Position numbers and translations under genes: made by a program. Shown piece by piece: positions 63,699 through 64,000 of a stretch of 64,000 nucleotides of DNA (positions within the stretch are counted from its first letter, which is position 1; each line of letters opens with the position of its first letter). The DNA is taken from the NCBI GenBank assembly GCA_963924565.1, contig OZ004609.1, positions 30,814,001 through 30,878,000 of the forward strand, in the 5' to 3' direction. Under the pieces are notes generated by a model that worked only from the letters and a program-made list of their open reading frames with translations, searched no databases and was not told where the DNA came from. This DNA comes from Ascidiella aspersa (lineage: Eukaryota).

Positions 63699-63867
63699 CA
63701 GAAGACAAACAGCAGCCAGTTGGATTGTGGTGAGTAGCGATGCAGTAGACCGCCGCTCTAAACGGCCTTTGCTCGGTCAGTTCAATGCTGGGAAGGGCCA
63801 GAACCTGCTTTTCCAAATCATCCAGGTCCATTCCGTCATCCTCCATTGTAACATGGGCGACCTTGAC
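63699..63867 (-). CDS. PLP-dependent aminotransferase class I/II (YER152C / 2-aminoadipate transaminase-like), internal exon; 5' exons lie outside the window
   Basis: Acceptor tatctcag|, translates VKVAHVTMEDDGMDLDDLEKQV...FRAAVYCIATHHNPTGCCLSS (NPTG motif). Donor G|gtaata is phase 1. Not in the supplied ORF track. Confidence 0.9.
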
Positions 63868-64000
63868 CTGAGATAATGTTTGGGGTAACTGACAGTGTTA
63901 GAACAAGCATAGGTCCTAAAAATACTAACACCCAGATTCTTAGCCATTGTTGATTTCTTCCTAGCTCGTTCTTAGGGTTGTCTGATAATATCGGATCGTA

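Overview
Eukaryotic (metazoan) genomic DNA with GT-AG introns. It is probably an invertebrate chordate such as a tunicate; this is an inference from the large excess of TGACGTCA words and the repeat landscape. Four genes can be reconstructed. (1) A + strand SOCS2/CISH-type gene with frame-compatible exons 15923-15946 (tentative), 17505-18774, 34780-35554 and 40901-41435. It encodes about 867 aa: a ~650-aa low-complexity N-terminus, an SH2 domain with insertions, and a SOCS box. (2,3) Two tandem G-protein gamma subunit genes on the - strand, each with an intronless CDS (46283-46483 and 56927-57139). (4) The last five exons of a fold-type I PLP-dependent aminotransferase on the - strand (63867 to 59926), with its 5' end beyond the window. 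The rest is intronic or intergenic: hAT-type MITEs, a 5'-truncated LINE, tandem repeats and CpG-rich promoter-like patches. The most notable observations are: (a) three fold-back insertions of unrelated sequence but shared architecture, two carrying minimal type-I hammerhead ribozyme cores (Penelope-like), plus a further isolated hammerhead core in a SOCS intron; (b) a 12-nt element conserved right after the UGA stop of both G-gamma paralogs although the neighbouring synonymous sites have diverged, a candidate readthrough switch that would remove the CaaX box; (c) loss of the NPF motif in one G-gamma; (d) a STAT (GAS) site cluster in the last SOCS intron and six CRE palindromes inside SOCS coding exons.
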